This document shows positions 8,449 through 17,893 of a stretch of DNA of 26,907 bases, piece by piece (position 1 is the stretch's first letter; each line of letters starts with the position of its first letter). Origin of the DNA: Myxococcales bacterium (GTDB taxonomy: Bacteria; Desulfobacterota; Binatia; HRBIN30); assembly GCA_037445065.1 (NCBI GenBank), contig JBBILD010000031.1:1-26907 (forward strand), written 5' to 3'. The translations under genes were made by a program, and so were the position numbers. The notes below the pieces were generated by a model that saw only the letters and a list, made by a program, of their open reading frames with translations, did not search any database and was not told the DNA's origin.

Positions 8449-10251
8449 TCAGCGCGGGATTGCAAGCGCGGGCAGGTCGGGGTGCGAGAGGAGAAAGAAC
8501 GACAGGCAATCGAACTGGCTCACTTCCACCAGGGCACCCGCCCCGGTGCGACGCTGGGCGACCGTGGCGGCGAGCACCCCGAGCACTGCCCAAAGGGCGG
8601 CCAGCAGGTCGGAGAAAGCTACCGGGAAGCGCGAAGCCAAGGCGAAAGCCAGGTGGCCGAGCGACGCCGTGTACCCACTCCATGCTTCTAGGGTGGGGCC
8701 GAAGCCAACCCAGTCGCGGTACGGACCGGAGAGTCCGAAAGCGGGCATGCGCACCACGATCCGTCCTGGGTGTTCCCTGAGAAGGTGCGCGGGATGAAAC
8801 CCCCACTGTTCCATGACCCGCGGGCTGAAGTTGTCGATCATCACGTCTGCACCGCGTCCTGCACGTTGCCAAAGTTCTTCTCGGGCCCGCGGCGATGACA
8901 GGTCCAGGAACTCCGTGCATTTGCCCTCGGCCAGCCACTGGGCAAGAGCCGCGTCGAACTCCTGTGTCACAGCGCCCGGGTGAGCGACGCGATGCACCGA
9001 GGCGCCGAGGCTGCTCAAAATGAGGGTCGCCAGGGGGCCAGCCACCGCCCACGTGAAGTCGAGCACCTTGCAGCCGGCCAGCGGCCCGTTCCGCGGTGCG
9101 GCTCCGCGAGCAGGAAAGTGGGTGTCTCGTGGTGCGGCCGTACCCGAGGCCGCGGTTGGCAGCCGCCAGAACAACAACGGGCCGCGCTGCACCGCTGGTT
9201 CCTCGGCTCCGGCGCGGTGAGCGATGAGGTCACGCGCGCGCAAGTGGATGTCCTGCCGCAAAGCCGCGAGAGGACGCACAGCGGCCCAAGGCAAGCGCAG
9301 GAGCTGCGCGCGCTCGGTGAGCCATTGCGCCGGGTAGCGCTGGGTCCACCGTGCAAGCTCGGCGAATAACTCGCGCGCGGCGCTTCGCCGGTGCGGCAGC
9401 GATTCCAACTCCGGCGTTGTCAGCCAGGGGCTTGCTCCCTCGCTTGCCGCCCAATGGGCCAGCGTGGTCCAATCGCCGAGCAGGCTCGCGCTCACCCAAC
9501 CGTCGGCCGCCGGCAACAGAGCAAAAAACGGGCTTGTGACCGTGCCTGGCGTGCCTCCGGAACAGGCATAGAGTGGTTCTTCAGGCGGAGCCGGCTCCCC
9601 GTCGAGCGCCTGCGCCCAGGACTCCGGCGAGCCTCGGAGAAGCGCCGCGAGCGCGGCAATGGCGGACTCCAACCCAGCGCAGAACACGCTCTCCCATCCG
9701 TGTGCGAGCGTTCTCGTGGTGCAATCCGCAGACGCTTGCCGATCCGCTGCGGCGTCCGAGCAACAGACGAAGCCAGACGTGTGGTTTGGATACGGGTCAA
9801 GATCGAGAGATTTCGTGGGAACCGGGATCGGCATCCCCGGCCGCCAGTCGAGCCGGGGCACGACAGCGGCAACGCGGTCGGCGGCGCGTCCCGGAGCGGG
9901 CAGCAGGAGTAGATCGGCTTCTGTGCAGGTCTCCCGTGCCGGCCCCGGGGTAGGTTCGGCCTGCCATCGTTGTGCGGAGCGCCCGGCCCGGGTGGCCGGT
10001 CGGGAGGAGGCTGGTGACGCCGGCAACGGGTCGGTGCGCCACACGGGTGTGATCTCTGCACCGAGCGTAGCCAGGATTTCCGCGCTGACGCGTGGCACAG
10101 CCCCATCAGCAACAACGGCAACACGCATGCCCCGTAGCGGCGGCGGCGCTGGTTCGAGAGCCAAACCCAGTTGCTGGGTCGGTGCAAAATTCTCCGAGGG
10201 CAAGAAGGATCGAGAGGCGTTCACGGTCGTGAGGCGCTCAGAGCCCGGCAT
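8449..10251 (-). CDS. Family III (CaiB/BaiF) CoA-transferase-like fusion: degenerate first unit and C-terminally truncated second unit
   Basis: Two N-terminal signatures, PLRGMRV...LATLGAEI and GPLAGCKVLDFTWAVAGP; also ADVMIDNFSPRVM, FGLSGPY, FSDLLAA and RTGAGALVEVS. Start uncertain (10251 or 10374). Confidence 0.75.
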   Translation of the reverse strand: MPGSERLTTVNASRSFLPSENFAPTQQLGLALEPAPPPLRGMRVAVVADGAVPRVSAEILATLGAEITPVWRTDPLPASPASSRPATRAGRSAQRWQAEPTPGPARETCTEADLLLLPAPGRAADRVAAVVPRLDWRPGMPIPVPTKSLDLDPYPNHTSGFVCCSDAAADRQASADCTTRTLAHGWESVFCAGLESAIAALAALLRGSPESWAQALDGEPAPPEEPLYACSGGTPGTVTSPFFALLPAADGWVSASLLGDWTTLAHWAASEGASPWLTTPELESLPHRRSAARELFAELARWTQRYPAQWLTERAQLLRLPWAAVRPLAALRQDIHLRARDLIAHRAGAEEPAVQRGPLLFWRLPTAASGTAAPRDTHFPARGAAPRNGPLAGCKVLDFTWAVAGPLATLILSSLGASVHRVAHPGAVTQEFDAALAQWLAEGKCTEFLDLSSPRAREELWQRAGRGADVMIDNFSPRVMEQWGFHPAHLLREHPGRIVVRMPAFGLSGPYRDWVGFGPTLEAWSGYTASLGHLAFALASRFPVAFSDLLAALWAVLGVLAATVAQRRTGAGALVEVSQFDCLSFFLLSHPDLPALAIPR

Positions 10252-10375
10252 GGCTGTCAGCCTGCACCGGCGCGGGGCTTGGCGCAAGGCCGCCGGGGAG
10301 CTCCGCTTCCGCACGCGGGCCGGCACGGCTAGATAGCGAAAGCGCGGGCGAAACGGGCCGAGTACCGGCCGCATC

Positions 10376-11323
10376 TCATGCCGGGCTGGCTTTCGCGTGA
10401 GGAAGCTGCGCGGTGTCGGCGCGCGCGACGCTGAGCAGGGTGTCTTCGAACGACCCCAAGTTGCACACAGTCATCATGAACAAGTCGGACAAGGCCTGGC
10501 ACCGGTCCGCTGGCACGTCGGTGAGGACCATGAAGCAGTGATCGCGGTCGAGTCCGAGCTTGCGCGCAAACTGCGCGTACTTAGCCACGTGTTGCTGGTA
10601 GCTGCCGGACTTGGCCTCGATCCAATACACCAGCTCTCCGAAGGCAGCGAGAATGTCCAGCTCGAAGTCATCCCCATTGGGCAAGACGATTTGCGCATTG
10701 ATCAGATATTCGAGCGGGAAGCCGCCTCCTACTTCGGCGACAAGCTGACCGTGGGTGCTCTTGACCCTTTGTAAGACGAATCGTTCGAGCCATTGGCCGG
10801 CAAAGAAGCGTTGCGCTTTGGGCAGCGTCGTCGTCTTGGCGCGGATCAAACAGCGAGGAGAGCGGGAATACTGGTATTCTTCGAGAAAAGCGATTTCATG
10901 TAGGCGCGTGCAAAACTGACAGTTCGAGCTGATGTCTTGTTGCGAGCGCCCTCGTAGGCTCTCGGTAAAGGAGCCGCCGGTGGCCATCGCCCGTTTGATC
11001 TTGGCCAGCAGGCTAGAAAGCGCCTCATAACGCTCGCCCAGGAAGAGGGCTAGGCTGTCGATCACTCCGTCGGCTGGGTCGGGGGGCGGGAGTGCCTTGA
11101 TTCGGATTCCCCGCGCCTCGAGAAAACGAGCCGGGACGGAATCACGCATGGTGGCCAATTTGGCCTGCACGGACTCCTCCAGAGCCACCGGCCCAATAGG
11201 CTCCGTCGCGAACGCCGGAGTGCAGCTCCCGTGATCGAGGGGGATCGGCGAGTCGAGACCCGCAAGACGCTCCAATGCCACGGCAATGCGTTCCAGCAAC
11301 ACTTCGATCCGTTCCAGTCCCAT
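10376..11323 (-). CDS. Putative PD-(D/E)XK endonuclease (Card1/DUF1887 C-terminal-like nuclease domain)
   Basis: FFAGQWLERFV ... FELDIL ... YWIEAKSG, an E...D...ExK catalytic pattern. Confidence 0.7.
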   Translation of the reverse strand: MGLERIEVLLERIAVALERLAGLDSPIPLDHGSCTPAFATEPIGPVALEESVQAKLATMRDSVPARFLEARGIRIKALPPPDPADGVIDSLALFLGERYEALSSLLAKIKRAMATGGSFTESLRGRSQQDISSNCQFCTRLHEIAFLEEYQYSRSPRCLIRAKTTTLPKAQRFFAGQWLERFVLQRVKSTHGQLVAEVGGGFPLEYLINAQIVLPNGDDFELDILAAFGELVYWIEAKSGSYQQHVAKYAQFARKLGLDRDHCFMVLTDVPADRCQALSDLFMMTVCNLGSFEDTLLSVARADTAQLPHAKASPA

Positions 11324-11513
11324 GCTTCCCCCGCAGAAAAAGAGCTTTGTCTATGTCCGGTTTTCGAGCTGCTTGCAATGGAGCGCGCCCGGCCGCGCTT
11401 TGGGGGGCGAACACCCGGGAGCCCGGCCCCGTTTTTCGCACCACTTTTTTTGTCGCGCGTTTGAAGGTCGGCGTTCCGCCCCGGGGGCCTGCTTCCAACC
11501 CGTAGAATCCCGC

Positions 11514-12200
11514 TCAGGCGACACGCACGGAGTATTCGAAACCGTCCTTGAGCGGCAGCGTGACCGACACGAACCCATGTTCTCCTGACTGGACGTAGCG
11601 CAGGTACGGTGCCAGGGCCTTGCGGAAGGTGCGAATATTGTCAGCCAGCACCACGGAGCCAACCCGGAGTTTGGGCTCCATCAGCTGCAACACTGGCAGG
11701 TACAGTTCTTTCCAACCGTCGAGCAACAATAGGTCTACCGGACCCTCCACGTCGCGCAAGGTTTCCAGCGCATCGCCGAGCCTCACCTCGGCATAGTCTC
11801 CCAAACCGGCCTCGCGTAAGTGTCCCATAGCTGCCTGCTGTTTTCTTGGCTCCAACTCGGTGCCAATGACAAAGCCACCGTTGTCGCGCGCGGCGGCCGC
11901 AGCGTAGATTGTAGAGATGCCGTATGAGGTGCCGAACTCCACAATGCGGCGGGCACCGATGGCGCGCGCAGCCAAGTAGAGGAAGGTGCCCTGCTCGCGC
12001 GAGAGCGGTAGGTAGGCGTCGCGCAGCAAAGAGGCGAGTTCGGCGGGTGCGTAGGTTCGTCGCCCGGTGAGCAGTCCCCAGAACACGGGCAACCGCTGCA
12101 GCACGACCCACCGGTCGCCCTTTGCCTGCCGGTACAGGCGGTCCAACACGGAGCGAACGCGGGGGTCGAGCAGGGATTTGCTCCCGTTACCGGCTTGCAT
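11514..12200 (-). CDS. Class I SAM-dependent O-methyltransferase (YrrM/COMT-like)
   Basis: IVEFGTSYGISTIY, GDALETL, DLLLLDGWKELY, VVLADN. Confidence 0.92.
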   Translation of the reverse strand: MQAGNGSKSLLDPRVRSVLDRLYRQAKGDRWVVLQRLPVFWGLLTGRRTYAPAELASLLRDAYLPLSREQGTFLYLAARAIGARRIVEFGTSYGISTIYAAAAARDNGGFVIGTELEPRKQQAAMGHLREAGLGDYAEVRLGDALETLRDVEGPVDLLLLDGWKELYLPVLQLMEPKLRVGSVVLADNIRTFRKALAPYLRYVQSGEHGFVSVTLPLKDGFEYSVRVA

Positions 12201-12227
12201 TGCTTCTCCTGATGATCGGCAAGGCTC

Positions 12228-14540
12228 CTAGTACTCAGCCCCGTCGCTGACAATCGCGGCTGCGGGCTGTGCAGTGGCGTCCGTTCCCTCCGCGAAGGTC
12301 GGTTCGGTACCGGCGCGAAAGCACTCGATGAAGACTCCTGGGGAGGTTGCCGCGGTGCGGCGACCCGAACGGCGGTCAATCGGTACAAAACGCACCCCCT
12401 TTGGCACCGGGAAGTCCAGCACGGGTTCACCGGCGAGGGCAGCCTGCATGAAATCGAGCCAGATGGGCGCTGCCACGCGACCTCCGGTCTCCCCGGGTCC
12501 CAGAGAGCGCTTGCTGTCGAACCCCACCCAGAAGCCCGCGAGCAGCTGCGGCACGTAGCCGATAAACCAAGCGTCGTTCATGTCGTTGGTGGTGCCGGTC
12601 TTTCCAGCCGCAGGGCGGCCGATAGCGGCGGCCCGCCGGCCCGTGCCACGGGTGATCACGTCCTGCAAGACGTTGGTCACCAAATACGCGGTCTCGGCGG
12701 CGAGGACCGCACTCGTTCGGGGTTCCACGCTCTCCAGCACGCTACCATCCGCACCCGTGATCTGCGTGATAAACCGCGGCTCGGCGCGAATGCCTTGATT
12801 GGCAAAAGCTGAGTATGCGCTGACCAATTCGAGCGGGGTCACTTCAGCGGCTCCGAGCGCCAAAGACAAATTGGGTACGAGCGGGCTCGAAACCCCGAGG
12901 CTCCTCGCAAAGGTCACGAGGCGCTGGATGCCGATTGCTTGCGCCAGGCGTACGGTCGGGACGTTGCGGGAGAAAGCAAGGGCGTCGCGCAACGTGGTGG
13001 GGCCAAAGAACTGGTGGTCGTAGTTTTGCGGCGCCCACACACCGTTGCCGGAAGGGAGGGCAATGGGGGTGTCGAGCACAACCGAGGCTGGTGTGAAGCG
13101 GTCGTCGAAAGCTGCTGCGTACACAAAAGGCTTGAAGGCTGAGCCTGGTTGGCGGCGTGCTTGAGTGGCCCGGTTGAACTGGGAGTCGAAAAAGTTCGTG
13201 CCGCCTACTAAGGCGCGCACATCCCCACTGGTCGGATCCATGACCACCGCTGCCCCCTGCAGCAACGAATCGGTGTCGAGCACGAAGCGCAACCCGCTTT
13301 CTTCCTCGCCCTGCCCGGGCAGGGAGTGGAGGCGCACGCGGATGACGTCGCCCGCACGCACCGGTAGCTGGCTCGGCTCGATGACCTTGCCGCGCAGGTC
13401 GCCGATGCGGACCTCGGTATGCGGACGGCGGGCAGTGACGAGTGCCTCGTACGAGCGCCCTGGCTGTAGAGGGTTTTTTGCTAGTTGCTCCTGCTGCTGC
13501 GCCAGGAAGCGCTGCTGTTCCTCCCGATCGAGTTGGCGCAAAGCCGGGGAGTATTTTTGCCGGGCCTGCAGGTCGCGCAAGCCCTTTTGCAGGGCCTCCT
13601 CGGCCAGTGTCTGGAGGCGCAAGTCGAGTGCCGTGTACACGCGCAAGCCGAGCTGGTAGAGACCCTGTTCGCCGTAGCGCCGTTGCAGTAGTCGGCGCAC
13701 GTGTTCGACGTAATACGGGGCGTGGCGGTAATTCCCGCGCTTCGGCACCAAGGCCAGCGGTTCGCGGGCCGCGAGAATCGCTTCAGCAGGTGAGACCATG
13801 CCCACCCGCACCATGCGCTCGAGCACGTACTGTTGCCGCGCCTTGGCGCGCTGCCAATGACGGAACGGTGAGTAGCGGCTCGGCGCTTGCGGGAGCCCGG
13901 CAAGCAGGGCAGCTTCGGCTAATGAAAGCTCGGTCACGGACTTCCCGAAATATTCTTCTGCCGCTGCGGCCACTCCGTAGGCTCCGCTCCCGAGGTAAAT
14001 GTGATTCAAGTACAGGTAGAGAATCTGGTCCTTCGATAACTGCCGCTCCAAGCGCACGGCGAGCAGAATTTCCTTGATCTTCCGCTCGTAGCTCTTCTGC
14101 GGAGTGAGCAAGATTTGTTTTACGACCTGCTGCGTAATCGTGCTCCCACCTTGCAGGCGACCCTTACCGCTCAGGTTGTTCCAAAGGGCGCGAGCGATGC
14201 CGAAAAGATCGACTCCAGGATGCTGGTAGAATTGGTCGTCCTCCGCAGCGATGAACGCGTTGCGGACAACGGCCGGGATCTTGTCGAGTGGCACGAGTTG
14301 CCGCTTCTCGTAATAAAATTCCCCCACCAGCGTGCCATCGGCGGCGAAGATTTGGGTGCTCATCGGGGCGCGGTACTCGAGCAGAGAATCCATCGGCGGC
14401 AGCGAAGCCGTGATCTCGCGGTACAGGAGCAACCCGGCAAGAACCGTGGCCACAAAGCCGATGCTACCGAGAGTGAAGAAGAACCACTGAATGGTTCGCC
14501 ACCAAGAGCGTTGCGTTGCTCTGCCTTGCTTCATCGGCAC
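12228..14540 (-). CDS. mrcA: Penicillin-binding protein 1A (transglycosylase/transpeptidase)
   Basis: N-terminal TM segment; AAEDDQFYQHPG, QGGSTITQQ, RKIKE; SxxK (GSAFK), SRN, KTGT; divergent from pilM. Start at GTG 14540 or ATG 14534. Confidence 0.95.
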   Translation of the reverse strand: MPMKQGRATQRSWWRTIQWFFFTLGSIGFVATVLAGLLLYREITASLPPMDSLLEYRAPMSTQIFAADGTLVGEFYYEKRQLVPLDKIPAVVRNAFIAAEDDQFYQHPGVDLFGIARALWNNLSGKGRLQGGSTITQQVVKQILLTPQKSYERKIKEILLAVRLERQLSKDQILYLYLNHIYLGSGAYGVAAAAEEYFGKSVTELSLAEAALLAGLPQAPSRYSPFRHWQRAKARQQYVLERMVRVGMVSPAEAILAAREPLALVPKRGNYRHAPYYVEHVRRLLQRRYGEQGLYQLGLRVYTALDLRLQTLAEEALQKGLRDLQARQKYSPALRQLDREEQQRFLAQQQEQLAKNPLQPGRSYEALVTARRPHTEVRIGDLRGKVIEPSQLPVRAGDVIRVRLHSLPGQGEEESGLRFVLDTDSLLQGAAVVMDPTSGDVRALVGGTNFFDSQFNRATQARRQPGSAFKPFVYAAAFDDRFTPASVVLDTPIALPSGNGVWAPQNYDHQFFGPTTLRDALAFSRNVPTVRLAQAIGIQRLVTFARSLGVSSPLVPNLSLALGAAEVTPLELVSAYSAFANQGIRAEPRFITQITGADGSVLESVEPRTSAVLAAETAYLVTNVLQDVITRGTGRRAAAIGRPAAGKTGTTNDMNDAWFIGYVPQLLAGFWVGFDSKRSLGPGETGGRVAAPIWLDFMQAALAGEPVLDFPVPKGVRFVPIDRRSGRRTAATSPGVFIECFRAGTEPTFAEGTDATAQPAAAIVSDGAEY

Positions 14541-14573
14541 CTGCGCCTTGCGCCAGGAGGGGCGCCTCGGCGA

Positions 14574-14602
14574 GCTCTAAGGAAGCGTTCGATCGCCGTC
14601 AA
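14574..14602 (-). promoter_or_regulatory. Possible sigma70 promoter for mrcA
   Basis: Minus strand TTGACG, 17 nt, TAGAGC, about 35 nt upstream of the start. Confidence 0.35.
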
Positions 14603-14921
14603 GCTTCGTTCGGAGCGCGCCTTGGGGTGCCGCCGCGCGCGGCATCGAGGTCCAGGAGCGCTGAGACAGGTACCCCCGGTGCTCGCTGCGATCCCGGCCG
14701 TGCCTCAGCGTGAGAGCTGCTTAAATCGCTAGGTTTTCGCTCTGCAGCGTGGCCTGTGCCGGCCCCCATCGGCGGTGGTGAATTTTGTTACGGGCCTTCG
14801 GCACAACTTTGTCGGTGCTTGCCGAAGCCCCTCTTCAGTGGGGAACCACGGTGCTCAGGTGCCCTTGGCCCAGATTTCGCTTGCCGCGAATTCCGGCGTT
14901 GGACGGACAGGGTGCTGATGG

Positions 14922-14951
14922 TTGACAAAGATGACCGCAAGGATTCATACT
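14922..14951 (+). promoter_or_regulatory. Likely sigma70 promoter for the pilM operon
   Basis: TTGACA (14922-14927), 18 nt, CATACT (14946-14951). Confidence 0.55.
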
Positions 14952-15041
14952 CGGCGCGTCGCGAAGGGGGGTCGCTGAGCAAGCGCGGCGGATGGGAGAC
15001 GCTGGTGGAGTGTGAGGGGTAGAGGAAAGGGATTTGGCGGT

Positions 15042-16160
15042 ATGGGAGCAGGGGGAACCTGGCTGGAGCGGGTGAGTCGTCTTCTCTCTCGCTCGTTATC
15101 AGATCTAAACCCATTTCGGGGAGAAGAACCGTACGTCGCGGTAGACCTAGGTTCGAGCACGATCAAGGTGCTCGAAGTGCAAGGGAGGGCCACCGAACTC
15201 CGCGTGCGAGGTGCGGCGCGCGGCCTCACGCCTGCGACGGGGATCCAGAACAACGTGGTCGTGGAGGTGTCGGCAGTGGCGGAGGCGGTGCGTTTCTTGT
15301 GCGAGAGCGCCGGCATCCGAGCCAAAAAAGCGATCACCGTGGTGCCTGGGCCGGCGGTGATCATCAAGCGCCTGACGTTGCCGGCGCAGAGCGAACAGGA
15401 GCTCGAGAATACGATTCTTTTGGAGGCCGGGAACTTCATTCCCGAGGAACTCGACAACGTGAACCTGGACTACCAGGTGACGGATTATCTCGATGAGGGC
15501 CGCCGCATGGAAGTGCTCGTGGTGGCGGCCAAGAAAGATATGGTTTCGAGCTACGTGGATGCGTTGCGCGAAGCCGGGCTTTTGCCGGTGGTGGTTGACG
15601 TGGACTACTTTGCTTTGGAGAACATGTTCGAGCTCAATTACGAGCCACCGCCCGGCCGTGCCATCGCTGTGGTCAACATCGGCAGCCGCTACTCGGCAAT
15701 CAATATCCTCAAGAACGGCCGCTCGACCTTCACCGGCGACGTACCGGTGGGCGGCCGGGACATCACCGAGAGCCTCATGCGCGACTTGAACATTTCCTTC
15801 GAGGAGGCAGAGGCACTCAAGGCGGGTCATCCCGTGGACCCCTCGATCATGGACCACGCCGGCCCGGTTCTCGAGATTGCTGCTGGCGCGGTGATTGACG
15901 AGATTCATCACGCGCTCAGCTTTTTCTGGACCGCGGCAACCGATGAAACGATCGATCACATTTATTTAAGCGGCGGAGCGGCGCGAATGCCGGGACTCGC
16001 GTCCCAATTGGCCGAGCGAGTCGGGGCGCCGGTGGACCTCGCCGATCCGTTCGCACACCTCACGATTTCGAGCGAGGTAGATCGCCAAACCCTGAAGGAG
16101 CAGGCGCCGGAGTTTGCCGTGGCTGCGGGACTGGCCACGCGGCGCCCGAACGACAAATGA
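15042..16160 (+). CDS. pilM: Type IV pilus assembly protein PilM
   Basis: Actin-like fold motifs VAVDLGSSTIK, VNLDYQV, VLVVAAKK, VNIGS, GGRDIT, IYLSGG, AVAAGLA; first of five pil genes. Start 15042 (ATG) or 15012. Confidence 0.95.
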   Translation: MGAGGTWLERVSRLLSRSLSDLNPFRGEEPYVAVDLGSSTIKVLEVQGRATELRVRGAARGLTPATGIQNNVVVEVSAVAEAVRFLCESAGIRAKKAITVVPGPAVIIKRLTLPAQSEQELENTILLEAGNFIPEELDNVNLDYQVTDYLDEGRRMEVLVVAAKKDMVSSYVDALREAGLLPVVVDVDYFALENMFELNYEPPPGRAIAVVNIGSRYSAINILKNGRSTFTGDVPVGGRDITESLMRDLNISFEEAEALKAGHPVDPSIMDHAGPVLEIAAGAVIDEIHHALSFFWTAATDETIDHIYLSGGAARMPGLASQLAERVGAPVDLADPFAHLTISSEVDRQTLKEQAPEFAVAAGLATRRPNDK

Positions 16161-16774
16161 TCCGCATCAATTTACTTCCGATTCGCGAAGCAGAACGCGC
16201 GTTGGGCCGGCGCCGGCAACTGTCCCTGGCAGTGCTGAGCCTGGTGGTCGTCTTGCTGATGCTGGCCCTGCCGTACTCCTTTCAGGCGCGGAAACTGGCG
16301 CAACTCGATGCGGAGATCGAGTCGCTCCGCCGGAAGATTGCCCGCCTCGACCAGCAGACCAAGGAGGTCAAGGACCTGGAACAGAAGCGAGCGGAACTGC
16401 AGGCGAAACTGCGTGTGATTGACGAACTCAAGCAGCGTCGTAGTGGTCCAGCACAAGTCCTTTCCGACCTCGCCGACGCGACGCCAGAGAAACTCTGGCT
16501 CACCGAGTTCACCGAGGCGGGGGGTGCTGCCAGCATCCAAGGTCTCGCCATGGACAACCAGACCATTGCTGAGTTCATGCGCCGTTTGCAGCAGTCACCC
16601 TATTTCTTCGAGGTTGATCTCGTGGAGACGGCGCAAACGATGATCCAGCCGAGTTCGGGAGTGGGGAGTGGTGGTCCGAGTTTCAAGAAATTCATTGTGA
16701 AGGCTCAAGTGGACTACCTGGGTCAGGACGGAAAGCGGCAGCCCGCGCCGGTCCCGGGAGAGAAAAAGCCGTGA
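16157..16774 (+). CDS. pilN: Type IV pilus assembly protein PilN
   Basis: MIRINLLP signature, TM segment, coiled coil, PEKLWLT, IAEFMRRL. Confidence 0.95.
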   Translation: MIRINLLPIREAERALGRRRQLSLAVLSLVVVLLMLALPYSFQARKLAQLDAEIESLRRKIARLDQQTKEVKDLEQKRAELQAKLRVIDELKQRRSGPAQVLSDLADATPEKLWLTEFTEAGGAASIQGLAMDNQTIAEFMRRLQQSPYFFEVDLVETAQTMIQPSSGVGSGGPSFKKFIVKAQVDYLGQDGKRQPAPVPGEKKP

Positions 16775-16784
16775 GGTGGGTGGC

Positions 16785-17405
16785 GTGAACGAGTTGCTGG
16801 AGAGAATCCTAGAATTGCCACCGCGCCAGCGGATCGTTGCGCTGGTGGGAACTGTGGCGGCAGTCGTGTTCCTCTACGCCTATTTTCTCTATTGGCCCCG
16901 GCAGGCCCAGATCGAGGAAAAAACGCAGCAAGTAGAGAACTTGCGGCACGACCGCGATCGCAAAGCCGCACTGGCATCCAATCTCGAGCAAGCTCGGCAA
17001 GAGGTGGCCCGCTTGGATGGGGAGTTGCGCAAGGCGGTCGCGCAGTTGCCGGACACTAAGGAAATCCCTGAGCTGCTGAGCACCGTATCCTCCCTAGGTG
17101 TGGAATCGGGATTGGAAGTCGTCCAGTTCAAACAGCGGGAGGAGCAGTACCAGGAGTTTTACGCCGAGGTGCCCGTGGACATCGTGGTGCGGGGGGGGTT
17201 CCACCAAGTGGGCGTGTTTTTCGACAAGGTCGGGCGGATGGATCGCATCGTGAATGTGTCGAACGTATCCATCAAGGGACCGCAGCGTTACGAAAGCGAA
17301 CGGGTACAGGTGGACACCTCTTGCGCCGCGATCACGTTCCGCTTCCTCGATGACGCGGAACGGGAGCGCATTCGCAAGCAACGGGAAAAAGGAGCAAAGC
17401 CGTGA
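16785..17405 (+). CDS. pilO: Type IV pilus assembly protein PilO
   Basis: TM segment, QLPDTKEIPELL, FYAEVPV, GGFHQVGVFFDKVGRMDRIVNV. GTG start at 16785 or 16776. Confidence 0.95.
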   Translation: MNELLERILELPPRQRIVALVGTVAAVVFLYAYFLYWPRQAQIEEKTQQVENLRHDRDRKAALASNLEQARQEVARLDGELRKAVAQLPDTKEIPELLSTVSSLGVESGLEVVQFKQREEQYQEFYAEVPVDIVVRGGFHQVGVFFDKVGRMDRIVNVSNVSIKGPQRYESERVQVDTSCAAITFRFLDDAERERIRKQREKGAKP

Positions 17406-17893
17406 CTCGCCGTGTTGTCGTGGCTTTGGTGCTGCTCGGATCCGCGCCGTTCGCTTCCCCCGGATGGGCCCAAGCGCGGGAAGTTAGCGGTGAGCGCGCC
17501 GGCGCGAGTGGAACGCAGGCCCCTCCCTACAACCCAGAAGGCAAACGCGATCCCTTCCGCCCGTTCACTTTTGATTTTCGCCGCTCCAGCCAACCGGAGG
17601 GCGAGCTGACTCCGTTACAGCGCTACGACCTCGGCCAGCTTACCGTGGTCGGAACGATTTGGCAGGGCAACCCGCCGCGCGCCATGATCGAGGATGGGCA
17701 GGGGATGGGCTTCATCGTGACGGTGGGAACGCCCATTGGGCGTAACGGCGGAGTGGTCGCGGCAATCGAACCAAGGCGCGTGGTCGTGGAGGAGAAACTC
17801 CTCGACTTTTACGGCAACGAGCAAGTGAACCGAGTCGTGATGGAAATCCCGAGCGAAGAGGGGGGCAGTTCGGCGGGACGGGAGAGGAGATAA
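17402..17893 (+). CDS. pilP: Type IV pilus assembly protein PilP
   Basis: YNPEGKRDPF, PLQRYDLGQL.VVGTIW, AMIED, VGTPIGRNGG.V; located between pilO and pilQ. Confidence 0.93.
   Translation: MTRRVVVALVLLGSAPFASPGWAQAREVSGERAGASGTQAPPYNPEGKRDPFRPFTFDFRRSSQPEGELTPLQRYDLGQLTVVGTIWQGNPPRAMIEDGQGMGFIVTVGTPIGRNGGVVAAIEPRRVVVEEKLLDFYGNEQVNRVVMEIPSEEGGSSAGRERR

Noticed and set aside
7104..9052. Long minus-strand ORFs 7104-8465 and the 5' extension of 7970-9052
   Set aside because: No recognisable motifs; they overlap holA and the CoA-transferase. Only 7970-8413 is USP-like.
10376..12200. Nuclease plus methyltransferase as a restriction-modification pair
   Set aside because: The methyltransferase is a small-molecule O-MTase type with no DPPY/NPPY or PC DNA-MTase motifs.
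14799..14815. Sigma54-like GGCAC...TTG upstream of pilM (similar near 3620)
   Set aside because: The required GG-N10-GC spacing is not met.
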